Source: Thermoproteota archaeon | GTDB taxonomy: Archaea; Thermoproteota; Thermoprotei; Thermofilales; B9-G17 | Assembly: GCA_029258885.1 (NCBI GenBank) | Contig: JAPDJW010000009.1 | Span: 96,001 to 160,000, forward strand | Direction of reading: 5' to 3' | DNA: 64,000 nucleotides | Shown: in pieces, positions 20,257 to 30,481 of the stretch | How positions within the stretch are numbered: the first letter of the stretch is position 1 | How the letters are laid out: every line of letters begins with the position of its first letter | The notes under the pieces: model-generated | The model's input: the letters and a program-made list of their open reading frames with translations, nothing else | Databases searched by the model: none | Told to the model about the DNA's origin: nothing | Program-made: the position numbers and the translations under genes

Positions 20257-21480
20257 TTAGCTAATTGTTATAAGCATGAGGTAGAGGGATAGGGAAGCTA
20301 TAATATCGGCAAGAGTGCTTTCAATGGGATTAACGAAGTTATCGGGGTTTAACCCTTTCTCATAAGCGACTATAGCTATCAAGTGAGCTAACATTATAAT
20401 CGCTGAAATGGATAGGATATTTGTAGCTAAGAGGACGGTAACCATAGAATATATCTTATCCAGGCTTAGGGTTAATGCCCCTGAGGTAAGGGCGTAAAGC
20501 ATAAACATGAGAATTGATGACAGCCACGACCCTACTATCTCAGGCATATTATCTCTTAAGGCTTTAAGCGATGGATCTATGGTACCTAGTGCCAGCTTTG
20601 TAGTGGTTTTTGAGCCTACTATGGAGCCAACGTCCCCCACAGTATCTATGATAGCAGGATATATAATGTATACCTCAGCTCTCCTTCCAATGTATTCGGA
20701 TATCTTGATGAGTATGTATCCAGTTAAGTTAACTATAGCTGAAACTAAAGTTAATGTTATAATGGATTCCTTTATGGTCTCAATATATTCATCTTCATCG
20801 TAGTAGTTGTAGAATAGATATAATGTTATAGCTATAAGCGTAACTCCTAAAGATAGTAGCACGTTGAAAAACGCGTTTTCTCGGAGTATGTAGAGTACAG
20901 CTACGTAACATAGTGAGGCGATGATATCCGCAACTGTAGACATGACCGGATATACTATATAGTCTGGGTCTAAGCCTAGTTTCATCGAGAGAATTGAGGC
21001 AGAAACCGTTAGAAGCGAAACGATAGCGAATGATAAGCACATCGTAATAACGGATGTCGTAAGAACCTTCAAGGCTATTTCAAAAACTCTACATTCTACA
21101 TTCGATACAACAACTATGGAGGACATTATAAGGCTACTCACGATGGTCAAGGTATAGATGGAATACATGAGGATTTTAAATTCATAGGTATTTCTCCTTA
21201 GGCTTGCTTTAATTATTCCAAGGTGAAGCCCCGTGGTGAGCCGGCCAGCGAATATTCCGTTAATTACTCCCCTAACCGATAGTATTCCAGGATATAGGGA
21301 GATAGTCCACTTGTACATTGAGATTAAGCTGAAGTACCTGGCGATAATAAGCCCAGCGATAAGGCCGCCTAAATCAGCTAGAAGAGAAATCATCGAAAGC
21401 CTAAATGAGTAAACATAGTCCTCAGCCTCCTCCCACAAGTCGCTTAACGTCGATGAAAGCCTTATCATCGCTGAAAGCAC
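20257..21480 (-). CDS. MgtE/SLC41-type magnesium transporter (two integral-membrane repeats)
   Basis: Duplicated motifs GLDPDYIVYPVMSTVADI and GLNPDNFVNPIESTLADI; also RGVINGIFAGRLTTGLHLG. Confidence 0.88.
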   Translation of the reverse strand: MLSAMIRLSSTLSDLWEEAEDYVYSFRLSMISLLADLGGLIAGLIIARYFSLISMYKWTISLYPGILSVRGVINGIFAGRLTTGLHLGIIKASLRRNTYEFKILMYSIYTLTIVSSLIMSSIVVVSNVECRVFEIALKVLTTSVITMCLSFAIVSLLTVSASILSMKLGLDPDYIVYPVMSTVADIIASLCYVAVLYILRENAFFNVLLSLGVTLIAITLYLFYNYYDEDEYIETIKESIITLTLVSAIVNLTGYILIKISEYIGRRAEVYIIYPAIIDTVGDVGSIVGSKTTTKLALGTIDPSLKALRDNMPEIVGSWLSSILMFMLYALTSGALTLSLDKIYSMVTVLLATNILSISAIIMLAHLIAIVAYEKGLNPDNFVNPIESTLADIIASLSLYLMLITIS

Positions 21481-21544
21481 CCTAACGGCAAACGTTTATA
21501 AAGCCTTTATATAAACTGGAACTTAAATAATTTTATCTAGATAC

Positions 21545-22351
21545 TTAAGTTCTTACTATTTCAATTATAGTTACCTCGGGTCTACAGAGAAACCTCACAG
21601 GTATAAGTGTAGTACCCAAACCTCTATTAACGTACATTACCGTTCCGTTCACATGAAACATGCCGGACGCATACTTCCTATACTTCGACGGCAAAGGCAC
21701 ATATAGTGGACCTATAAGAGGCAAAACTACCTGACCTCCATGGGTATGCCCTGAGAGTATTAGATCAACCTTACCCGCGGCTTCACCTATAATCTCAGGC
21801 GAATGCGCAAGCAAAACAATAAACCTATCCCCACAGTTTTCCGGTAACGCCTTCGGGAGGTCATGGAAGTGAGTATGTGGATCGTCGACACCAGCTATAA
21901 TTATTCCATTACCTAAATCGACGTATTCATTCATTAATACTGTAACATTATCTATCCCCTCAAGCAGTATCTTAAAATTCGTCATGCTTATTCCAGACCA
22001 ATGGTCCCAATTACCAAAAACCACATATACGGGGGCTATTCTGGCGAGCCGCTCAATGTATTCTAGGGCATACCTTAAATTATTCTTATCGCTGATGAGA
22101 TCACCAGTAACAACTATAATATCAGGCTTATTTTTCTCTATAATCGAGATGCTGTTTTCCTCGCGGCTACCGATACCTTGAATGTGGAGATCGGAAACTT
22201 GAGCTATCACGAAGCTATCTACAGCTAAATTCTTGTTAGTCTCAACTTTAATATGAACTTCCTCAACAAGGTTAACTTCAATGAAGAAGGGATATATAGC
22301 AAAGAAAAGTATCACGGCTACGAGAGCTATCCTAGGTATACGGCCAAGCAT
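21545..22351 (-). CDS. Membrane-anchored metallophosphoesterase (YkuE-like)
   Basis: QVSDLH, VTGDL, FGNWDH, LAHSPE, SGHTHGGQV and YVNRGLG motifs with an N-terminal TM helix. Confidence 0.92.
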   Translation of the reverse strand: MLGRIPRIALVAVILFFAIYPFFIEVNLVEEVHIKVETNKNLAVDSFVIAQVSDLHIQGIGSREENSISIIEKNKPDIIVVTGDLISDKNNLRYALEYIERLARIAPVYVVFGNWDHWSGISMTNFKILLEGIDNVTVLMNEYVDLGNGIIIAGVDDPHTHFHDLPKALPENCGDRFIVLLAHSPEIIGEAAGKVDLILSGHTHGGQVVLPLIGPLYVPLPSKYRKYASGMFHVNGTVMYVNRGLGTTLIPVRFLCRPEVTIIEIVRT

Positions 22352-22527
22352 TTCATCACCATACCTAATTTATTTCAATTACTACTGCGCTGTCTAACAT
22401 TATTTAAGCCAACTATATATTGCTTAATACAGTATAAAAATATAATATGTATTAAAAGAGATATGTAGCAAAATAAGTTTAAACTTAAAGGTCTAGATAG
22501 GAAAATAGGGCAGAAGCTCCTATAGGT

Positions 22528-24507
22528 TCAGGATGAAGACGGAGGAGGTGGAGGAGGCGGGGGTTGCTTTTTCTTTCTAGCTTTAAGGGCTTTTTCAAAC
22601 GTTTTCTGGAAGTCTCCATATATTTTCCTGAATCCTATCGTAAGAACAAGCGACATCACTCCACTTAAGGAGGTATTCTGTAGAGTGCCTAATAGCGGCT
22701 TCAATAGCGTCGAGTTTATAATCCACTGGTATACTAGAAAGATTACTGCTACAATGGTTGTTGAAAGGAATGAGCTTGCACCGGAACCATATATTTTCAC
22801 CGCAATGTAGCCGATGACGTAGCCTATGAACAGCCCTAGGAGACTGATGTAAAGCGACTGCTTAAATGTCATCGATACAACAGAGCTAACTATCGCTGGA
22901 ACCACAAACAGCATTACTAAAGTATATGGCAGCTCCCTCACGAAAATAAGGTCCTTAAACTCAGCCAACTTTTCTTCATCTGTTAGTCCATATTCAACAG
23001 CGCGTTTAAGCATGAATATCGCTGATAAGACTGAAAACACAAGGAATCCATTGATATGTATTAGTTTAAACCAGTCCTCCGGAAACGTATGTCCACCCCA
23101 AAGATACTCGTAAGTTATTAACGTTACTCCCGGTAGTGCTTGAGCTGCCAATACTACAGCCATTATCTTATAGATGTAGTTTCCATACAGCTTATTATAG
23201 AATATGTCCTCATAGCCTTCAGGGGGAAGGCCCAGCTCAATAACTTCTGAGTATATAAACTCCTCTTCGAAGCGTTTCCTAAATAGAAGCCACAGTAGGG
23301 GCACGCCAATCCAATCCTGCGATAGAACCGTAGCATATACCATAACAGCTACTGTCATAGATATAGTGGGATTAAGCCCAGTTATTGATAGGTTATTGTA
23401 GAGGAAATATGCTATGTAGAGGGATATTAAGCCGTAGGCGAGCCCTAGCATAATCATAAGCCTACACATGTTCGTACGTAAATTGTCCTCTAGCTCATTC
23501 CAGTATAATGCGAAAAACAGTAAGCAGACAGAGAACAGTATAGCTGGCGCTATATATGTCGGGTTGTACGTTCTGTAATACAAAGGATTAATGAGAGCTA
23601 AAGCCGTATTAACTGCGAGAAACGCTAACACTAACCATCTCGGAACACTTTTTACGATTCTATTCGAAAATGCTACAAGAGCTGAGGATAGCAGAATTAT
23701 AGCCACAGCTATGCCTATATATGTATATGTTAAGTTTAGAACGAGGCTATAATCTGCAGTTCTCATATTCAGTCCAGAACACCAGCAGAACACGTTCAAT
23801 AGGAACTGGGCATTATCCTCCGAGTAAATATAGAAGTCGGAGAACATCGTTTCCGAGCCGAAGACTATAACTCTACCCTTACCATATACAGCTCCAGCAA
23901 TAGGCGTAAAGTTGCCGTATACGATTTCATCTTTCTCGAAATCATATGCCGCAGTCTCATCATTAGGTAAAACTATGGGGTATGAAGGGCTATTAGCAAC
24001 TAAAGCTATAGCATATGGGACAACGACCCTGCTAACATTAAAGCTGAACTCTTCCCTTATTCTGCTATATACAGGTATATTAATATCATCCCAAAACTTG
24101 AATACATTCACTGGATCGATGAGGCCATACGGCGTAACGGTAATATTTAGCGTATTTGTTAGCATAGATGGGTTAAACAGGTTATGGATTACAACCATAC
24201 CGCCACCGTTCTCCAGATACTTCAGGAAATTGTCATATGTCTCCTCAGATATAATGTCGGAGATGAAATAGTCGTAGGTTAAAACCATCCTGTACTCCCT
24301 AAGGCGGCTATAGGATATGTACCAGTCCCTATAGAATTCTATAGAGAAGCCATTGTCTTCTAGAAATCTAAATATTCTCTCATCTCCAGCAAACATCTCA
24401 CCTGGATCAAATACTAGAATAGTAACCTTAGGAGAAGCACTTACTCTAAATATCGATACAAGCAACAGAATAAGTGTCAATATTAATGCTTTTCTCATTC
24501 TATTCAC
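22528..24507 (-). CDS. Signal peptide + GATase-like (DUF4350/GldG-like) ectodomain + multi-TM protein with C-terminal Pro8
   Basis: FLKYLENGGGMVVI and GKGRVIVFGSETMFSD...DNAQFLLNVFCW, then about 10 TM segments, ending KKKQPPPPPPPPSSS. Confidence 0.6.
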   Translation of the reverse strand: MNRMRKALILTLILLLVSIFRVSASPKVTILVFDPGEMFAGDERIFRFLEDNGFSIEFYRDWYISYSRLREYRMVLTYDYFISDIISEETYDNFLKYLENGGGMVVIHNLFNPSMLTNTLNITVTPYGLIDPVNVFKFWDDINIPVYSRIREEFSFNVSRVVVPYAIALVANSPSYPIVLPNDETAAYDFEKDEIVYGNFTPIAGAVYGKGRVIVFGSETMFSDFYIYSEDNAQFLLNVFCWCSGLNMRTADYSLVLNLTYTYIGIAVAIILLSSALVAFSNRIVKSVPRWLVLAFLAVNTALALINPLYYRTYNPTYIAPAILFSVCLLFFALYWNELEDNLRTNMCRLMIMLGLAYGLISLYIAYFLYNNLSITGLNPTISMTVAVMVYATVLSQDWIGVPLLWLLFRKRFEEEFIYSEVIELGLPPEGYEDIFYNKLYGNYIYKIMAVVLAAQALPGVTLITYEYLWGGHTFPEDWFKLIHINGFLVFSVLSAIFMLKRAVEYGLTDEEKLAEFKDLIFVRELPYTLVMLFVVPAIVSSVVSMTFKQSLYISLLGLFIGYVIGYIAVKIYGSGASSFLSTTIVAVIFLVYQWIINSTLLKPLLGTLQNTSLSGVMSLVLTIGFRKIYGDFQKTFEKALKARKKKQPPPPPPPPSSS

Positions 24508-24687
24508 CCTGCCTTATTGTAGTATTATAATCGCTAGGATTATATTAAATTTAAGGAAAAATGGGTTAAAAGATCTAGTGAACGTCATCATGTAATAATT
24601 GATTCAAAACACTATGAGAAATTGACATTTAAAAAAATAGCCTTATATATTATCCGAGGCCTATGAAAATAAATACCTAGATTGTAT

Positions 24688-27600
24688 TTACCACGGAGGT
24701 GGAGGAGGCGGAGGCGGGCGAACTTCCGCCTTCTTCCTACTTCTTCCTAGTGTTACTACAATGATGAAGCCAATAGCTACTATAGCGATAACTACTATGG
24801 CTATATTTAATATGTTTAACTCTACTCTCCAGTTTGCCACTAAGTGTTTAGGCGAATCCATTGTTATATAGAGCTCACGCTGACTCGAAGTTACATCGCC
24901 GCTCCATCCGGTAAATACCGCCACCTGGAATAGATTTATGTTAACTTTATCCTCTATCGAGACATGTGCAGTACTGCCTGCATCGTACCATCCGGCTCCG
25001 GACGGGCTACCGTATTGCGACTCTATGGTCAGCTTATACTGCCTAGCATAGTTTGCAACTAATGTCATTGGGCGATCCAGGAATACCGTTATAGTCGTAT
25101 CCTGCACGCCCGTACTCCATCCCCTGAAAACTATTCTCTCATAGGGAGAAACCTGTATAGAATCAGCAACTGTAATCGTGTATTCACCATATCCAGTTAT
25201 TTCCGCAATACCCTGTGCATCGGTCTTATACGTGACACCGTTTACGACAACATTCATATCGGGTATACCCGTCTCTATCCTGAGAACAGCTCCAACAGCT
25301 TCAATAATAGCTGAAGCTTCACCAAAGTATGTTTGAGCTACAACCTCAAACCTGCCCGATTCATTAAATATAATGCTAAAAACGGCTCTTCCATGTTCAT
25401 CAGTGTAGCCATAGTCAATGATGGAACCATTAACCAATAATCCAACGGCAACTCCACTGAGTCTTTCTCCACCGGTAGTTTCAACAGTTACTTCAATGTA
25501 TACTTCTTCTCCAATTGAAGCTTCCTCGGGAGCATCAATACTTACGGAGGCAGCGACCTCCCTTACTATAGGCTCGATCCTCCAAGAGGACGACCACCAG
25601 GCTCCAGCGAAGAGGTATTTTCCATCAGGAGTTAAAGCTATATGTCTAATCAGCCTGGTAGAGAGGCCTTTATTAAACCTATAGATTCTCACGGTGTTGT
25701 CTGACGACCTAACGTCCTCGAGGAAGGCATAATACATGCCTTCGCCCTCAACGGATGAAATATACACTATTCCTCTGTTCCAGTCAACTCTGAGTGCCGT
25801 ATACTGTTCCGCAGAGCTACAGAGGAAGGGCTGAAGAACCAATGTCTTAAAGCTGAGTGTAGTGCTTGAAATATCCGGACAATAAATTATCTTACCCGTA
25901 GACTCCAGCGCCAGCATTTCACCGCTACCGCTGATAACTATTGATACTATTCCTCCCTCAGTTCTACCGCTGCTCGGATAGACCTGCCTCCAAATAGTAT
26001 TCTCCTTACTGGTTAGCAAGTTTTCAGCTATAAAGAGCCTGCTAGGACCATCCCAGAAGTAATGGTCGTTTCCCTCGGTCTTAAAGGTAGGTTCCCCCTC
26101 ATAAGTCGCTAAAACCCATACATCTCTACCGCCAGCACGATATACCGCTATCCTGCACACCCCTCCATCCTGAGGTAAACCTTTATTGGATATGAACCCA
26201 CTGCGGCTGGCTAGGTCATATACTTCAACGCCATCCTCCTGAAGAGCTAAAACTACGTAGTGATCCACGAGAATCCCATACACTGCTGGATTGCTCGTTA
26301 GGTTAACAGCTCCCTTTACAAGTAATTTACCTGTTTTCCTTGCCTCACATATATATTCGATGGATACCGCTATCAAGCCGTACCTCTTTGGAGCCTTACC
26401 CGATACTCCAGGAACGGGACCTGGATATCCAGTTATTATCAAAAGATCCAGTGGATAATCCTTTCCATCAACAGTAACCTTATAGCCATACTCCTGTGGC
26501 AGAGGCAGTGCACACCAGGGGAACCCAGCCCTAATAGCTGTTGGAGGCAGGTCAAAACAGTCAAGCCAAGTATTTCCATAGTCATAGGATATCTCGATGC
26601 CTGCCTGGCACACAACCATGAAAGTATGTGAAAACGGTTCTCTATTGAGGAACCATATCTGATTCATGCACTCCCCGTAGAGTCCCGAGTAAGATGGATT
26701 CCAAGTTCTTCCTCCATCCACCGTCTTAAGCAGACACCTGAAGGAGTAGGAGCAGGTATATGCTATCTTGGCTCCAACGACACCATCTATAGTAATTGTA
26801 TAGTCGTCCGGATTGTCTCCCTCTCCATGCTTATCTATTGCTATAAATGCACCCCATCCATTAGTTATAAACGAATGGAGAAATTCCTCTTTCACGGGAT
26901 CCCATGCAAACACTCCAAATACGCACTCCTGAGGCTCGGGATAGGGATAGGCTCTCACCAGCTTTCCTGGAGTACCCCACCATACCCTATTCGGATTATA
27001 TGGATCAACTTCAACTTCACTTATAACAGGAATTATTGGCAGGGATATAGGCTTTAAGGCACCCTCTGTTGGATCTATCCTCCTCCACTTCCAGCTATTG
27101 TGCTTATATTCTCCCCTATAAATCCAGTCATTATACGTCCCCAAGTATACGATATCATAGTCCACAGCCACATCTACGTCGGTTGTAGCCTTATCCATAA
27201 GCTTAATCCACTTCCACTCGCCTGTGAGATTAGTAGCCATGTATAACCCGCTGGGATACTTAGATACGAAGAGCGTAGGACCTAAACCAGCAAAGTCGGG
27301 GTCGTATGCAAGCCTATAGACGATCATCTTAACATTCTTCGGGACGACATCTGGGGGCAAAGCATGTCTTATGGCAGTCCATTCGCCACTACTTTCGTTG
27401 TATATCAGCTCATATATCCAGTTAATCTGTTTAGCCTGAGGATTAAGGCTCTTAATTCCAACATACAAGTGTTTACTGCTCAAAGCAACTATAGATGCAA
27501 TTTCACAGAACTCCTTCTTCTCCAAATCCTCGTCTCCAGTATTAATTCTCCTCCACGAGAATCCATCGTCAAAGCTAATATACATTCCTCCCTTGCCAGC

Positions 27601-29310
27601 TCCAGCAAATAACACACCTTCACTTTCAGCCATCGATACAAAGCCAACATCCACAAGGTTCTCCTCAGTAATCCTACTCCAGCTTCTAGCCCCATCAGTA
27701 CTTCTAAAAGCGGAGTTACCAGTTGCAGATATGACAGTATGTTTCGACGTAACGTAAACGAAGTATTGATCCCCGCCGTCTGGACCTATATTCACCCACT
27801 CGCCGTCAAGAACCTTAACTCCTCTAGGCTGAGGTATCAGCGCAAGTACGCCCGGCAAATCGGGATCCCAGTTGTTAAAGTAAACTCTATCGGCCATTTC
27901 AGCTACTGATGCAATTTCAATCAGCTTCCTAACGTTAGTTACGTGGAGAAATTCTCTATCTGAAATCAGGTGATTCCTAACATTATCAAAGGTTATGTCG
28001 ATATTAGCGGCGTTCTCAACCCCCTCCACGCTTCGTCCAGCCACGTACTCCAGATAGCTCATGTCAGGATTAAGCCTAATCCATATACCCCTCTTCTTGA
28101 AAGCATTATAGTTAACAACAATATTCGGGAAGTCGGGCGCTGGACACATATGCTCCTTCAGGAATCCTAGCTGCATAACCTTAAGCCAGGGAGCATTAGC
28201 AACAATTTCATCGTAGTGAAACCCCATATCCCTATTATACCAGAAGTTGTATGTTTCATCTAAATCCATAATAACGCTGGGAAGCCCCGCTAAAAGACCC
28301 TTTTCACTTGCAGCCTTAATCACCAGGTAGGAATACACCTTCCTAACACGACCCTCAAGCACAACTATCCAAGGCCTAAATATGTAATCCTCATAGGGAT
28401 CTATCCTACCATTACCGTTTAGATCGGTGTTGTAGAACACTCCTCCCCCGGTATAGTCCGGCTTACCATTGCCATTATTATCGAGGTAAAAGCCTACAGT
28501 GTTATCATAGCTAAGAGTGGTAAAGTTAATGAAACACCACGTCTCGTTGCATGTACCCGGAACGTAGTTCGGATTCCTCATATCGTTCCACGGCAATCCA
28601 TCTCCATCAGCATCATAGTTCGGCTGCTTATCATCCCCATTCCTACCTAAATCGGTAGTAGTAAGGAAGTTTGTAGCAGGGCTCTCATAGAAGACTATGT
28701 ATTTAACGTTCTCAAGGCCACTACTATATCTGGCGAAAACCATAGCAGCCATAACTCCGCCGTAGGATGAGCCATACATGCCGACATTATCCGTTAAAAC
28801 CTGATAGTCGACGTAATCACCTATAGTCTTACCGGAACCACTTGCAAGTTTTCCCTGAGCAAAACGAAGCACTGAATAGAGTGCCTCATAGCATGCATCA
28901 CCCCTATAGTCGTAGATCCCACCGCTTTCAAGGTAAAGCTTTTCACCGGAAGGCGTCTTAAACGTAGTATTACCTCCTGGGAAAATAAAGTATATCCATA
29001 TTATGCCATGAGGATCCCAATCATAGTCTAGAAATGGAAAGAAGCCAGCGTATGGGCCGCCATGCACGTATACGACAACGGGAGCGGCTGAACCATATCT
29101 AGGCTCCTTAGGATAAAGCATTAAGGTAGCAACACCCTTAGATCCAGCGGAGGAACACGGTATCCAGAATATAACAGCATAAAACTTCTCAAACTCGTAT
29201 GGACCGTATTCCTCCGGAGAGGCAATTGGCTGAGCTTGAAGGAACATTAGCTGAGGTCCGGTAATTAGTAGTAATATGTATAACGATATTAAAATTCTAC
29301 GTATGTGCAT
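24688..29310 (-). CDS. Giant surface-anchored protein: alpha/beta hydrolase + Asp-box beta-propellers + Ig-like repeats + TM + Pro8 tail
   Basis: Likely start is ATG 29310 after SD AGGTGA (track extends to 29397). Signal peptide; VYVHGG and GMYGSSYGG nucleophile elbow; DADGDG/DNNGNG/DLNGNG Ca-loops; Asp boxes STDGARSW, SFDDGFSW, TVDGGRTW, SYDYGNTW; YGSPSGAGWY repeat; TM; RPPPPPPPPW-stop. Confidence 0.75.
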   Translation of the reverse strand: MHIRRILISLYILLLITGPQLMFLQAQPIASPEEYGPYEFEKFYAVIFWIPCSSAGSKGVATLMLYPKEPRYGSAAPVVVYVHGGPYAGFFPFLDYDWDPHGIIWIYFIFPGGNTTFKTPSGEKLYLESGGIYDYRGDACYEALYSVLRFAQGKLASGSGKTIGDYVDYQVLTDNVGMYGSSYGGVMAAMVFARYSSGLENVKYIVFYESPATNFLTTTDLGRNGDDKQPNYDADGDGLPWNDMRNPNYVPGTCNETWCFINFTTLSYDNTVGFYLDNNGNGKPDYTGGGVFYNTDLNGNGRIDPYEDYIFRPWIVVLEGRVRKVYSYLVIKAASEKGLLAGLPSVIMDLDETYNFWYNRDMGFHYDEIVANAPWLKVMQLGFLKEHMCPAPDFPNIVVNYNAFKKRGIWIRLNPDMSYLEYVAGRSVEGVENAANIDITFDNVRNHLISDREFLHVTNVRKLIEIASVAEMADRVYFNNWDPDLPGVLALIPQPRGVKVLDGEWVNIGPDGGDQYFVYVTSKHTVISATGNSAFRSTDGARSWSRITEENLVDVGFVSMAESEGVLFAGAGKGGMYISFDDGFSWRRINTGDEDLEKKEFCEIASIVALSSKHLYVGIKSLNPQAKQINWIYELIYNESSGEWTAIRHALPPDVVPKNVKMIVYRLAYDPDFAGLGPTLFVSKYPSGLYMATNLTGEWKWIKLMDKATTDVDVAVDYDIVYLGTYNDWIYRGEYKHNSWKWRRIDPTEGALKPISLPIIPVISEVEVDPYNPNRVWWGTPGKLVRAYPYPEPQECVFGVFAWDPVKEEFLHSFITNGWGAFIAIDKHGEGDNPDDYTITIDGVVGAKIAYTCSYSFRCLLKTVDGGRTWNPSYSGLYGECMNQIWFLNREPFSHTFMVVCQAGIEISYDYGNTWLDCFDLPPTAIRAGFPWCALPLPQEYGYKVTVDGKDYPLDLLIITGYPGPVPGVSGKAPKRYGLIAVSIEYICEARKTGKLLVKGAVNLTSNPAVYGILVDHYVVLALQEDGVEVYDLASRSGFISNKGLPQDGGVCRIAVYRAGGRDVWVLATYEGEPTFKTEGNDHYFWDGPSRLFIAENLLTSKENTIWRQVYPSSGRTEGGIVSIVISGSGEMLALESTGKIIYCPDISSTTLSFKTLVLQPFLCSSAEQYTALRVDWNRGIVYISSVEGEGMYYAFLEDVRSSDNTVRIYRFNKGLSTRLIRHIALTPDGKYLFAGAWWSSSWRIEPIVREVAASVSIDAPEEASIGEEVYIEVTVETTGGERLSGVAVGLLVNGSIIDYGYTDEHGRAVFSIIFNESGRFEVVAQTYFGEASAIIEAVGAVLRIETGIPDMNVVVNGVTYKTDAQGIAEITGYGEYTITVADSIQVSPYERIVFRGWSTGVQDTTITVFLDRPMTLVANYARQYKLTIESQYGSPSGAGWYDAGSTAHVSIEDKVNINLFQVAVFTGWSGDVTSSQRELYITMDSPKHLVANWRVELNILNIAIVVIAIVAIGFIIVVTLGRSRKKAEVRPPPPPPPPW

Positions 29311-29509
29311 GACATCACCTAAACTAAGGTATACCTTAACTAAATCAGCGAATAAATAAACAGTAATGTTTTTAATATCGCTTACGATTAACTTCAAAAA
29401 GCTATAATATTACATACCGGAAATATAGTCAGGCATGCATCATAAGATAAATAATTTAGATAAATTAAAAATTATCTAAATAATTACGTTAAAACGGATG
29501 ATTATCTAA

Positions 29510-30343
29510 TTAGCTTCTACCGGATAAATCGAATCCCTGTTCATCGAGAAAGCCCTTAATTAATGTTAAAATATCTCTATTTCTAGCGGATATTATATTC
29601 ACCCTTTCAGATAGATTCAGCCTTATATTCTTCTCATCCTTTGATGTATATATTCTAGCTCCAGCCTCTTTTAGTATTAGGTAGGCGGCGGCTATATCAA
29701 CAACCCTCAATGTATTCCAGAAGCATACGAAGGCATCAACAGTATTGCTTGCAACATGGCAAGCCTCAATACTTGCGCATCCAAGTATCCTAACCCAAAA
29801 TCCATTTTCAATCAAATACCTAATTACCCCTATGGGTTTAAGCCCAGCTTTTCGTGGAAAAGATACGTTAGCTACGGGCTTGAAAACCGCTGGTGTAACC
29901 TCTATTTTCCTACTGTTAAGGTATGCGCCGCTACCTCTGTATCCATAGTAGACGTCGTCGGTAACCACGCTTCTAACGACGCCAGCAATTATATCAGCGA
30001 AGCTATCCCCCTTAGAGACGGCTATAGATATAGAGTATATCCCTATGCCCTTCTCAGCGTTGAGACTTCCATCGATGGGATCTATTATGAAATACAACTC
30101 AGGGCTTCTACCCTTAGTTAAGACCCCCTTCTCCTCGGAGACAATAACGTATTCGTCAAACGATGAATCTACACTCTTAACTATTGCATCCTCAACCTCT
30201 CTATCAATTCCAAGGGTAATATCGCCGGATGCGCCTACGCCCAGCCTCCTTCCAGCCTCACCACTAGCAGCTACCCTACGAGCGACTTCACGCGCCTCCT
30301 CTGAAACCTCGAGAATAAACTCTAGAATATCCCTGAAACTCAT
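29510..30343 (-). CDS. Inositol monophosphatase / FBPase (archaeal bifunctional family)
   Basis: GASGDIT, IVSEEKG, IIDPIDGSLN and DIAAAYLILKEAGA motifs. Confidence 0.9.
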   Translation of the reverse strand: MSFRDILEFILEVSEEAREVARRVAASGEAGRRLGVGASGDITLGIDREVEDAIVKSVDSSFDEYVIVSEEKGVLTKGRSPELYFIIDPIDGSLNAEKGIGIYSISIAVSKGDSFADIIAGVVRSVVTDDVYYGYRGSGAYLNSRKIEVTPAVFKPVANVSFPRKAGLKPIGVIRYLIENGFWVRILGCASIEACHVASNTVDAFVCFWNTLRVVDIAAAYLILKEAGARIYTSKDEKNIRLNLSERVNIISARNRDILTLIKGFLDEQGFDLSGRS

Positions 30344-30446
30344 GGTTATAGAGATACATTAATAGACTATATATTGCTTAACATGCATCCTTCAAATAGC
30401 GGCTAGCTAAATGCTTAGGCAAAGCTTATTAATTCTATAGCATTCT

Positions 30447-30472
30447 GTTAACATGTTTATAAACATGTTAAC
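30447..30472. promoter_or_regulatory. Perfect 26-bp palindrome GTTAACATGTTTATAAACATGTTAAC upstream of cytX-thiDN-thiW (candidate ThiR operator)
   Basis: Exact inverted repeat ending 10 bp before the cytX ATG, just downstream of the TATA-like CTTATTAA. Confidence 0.7.
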
Positions 30473-30481
30473 GGTGGAACT

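Noticed and set aside
24560-24595. Minus-strand box C-like ATGATGA in an intergenic region
   Set aside because: No D' or D box at suitable spacing, so it is not called as an sRNA.
29454-29481. ATTTAGATAA / TTATCTAAAT inverted repeat
   Set aside because: It lies in very AT-rich DNA, where such repeats arise readily by chance.
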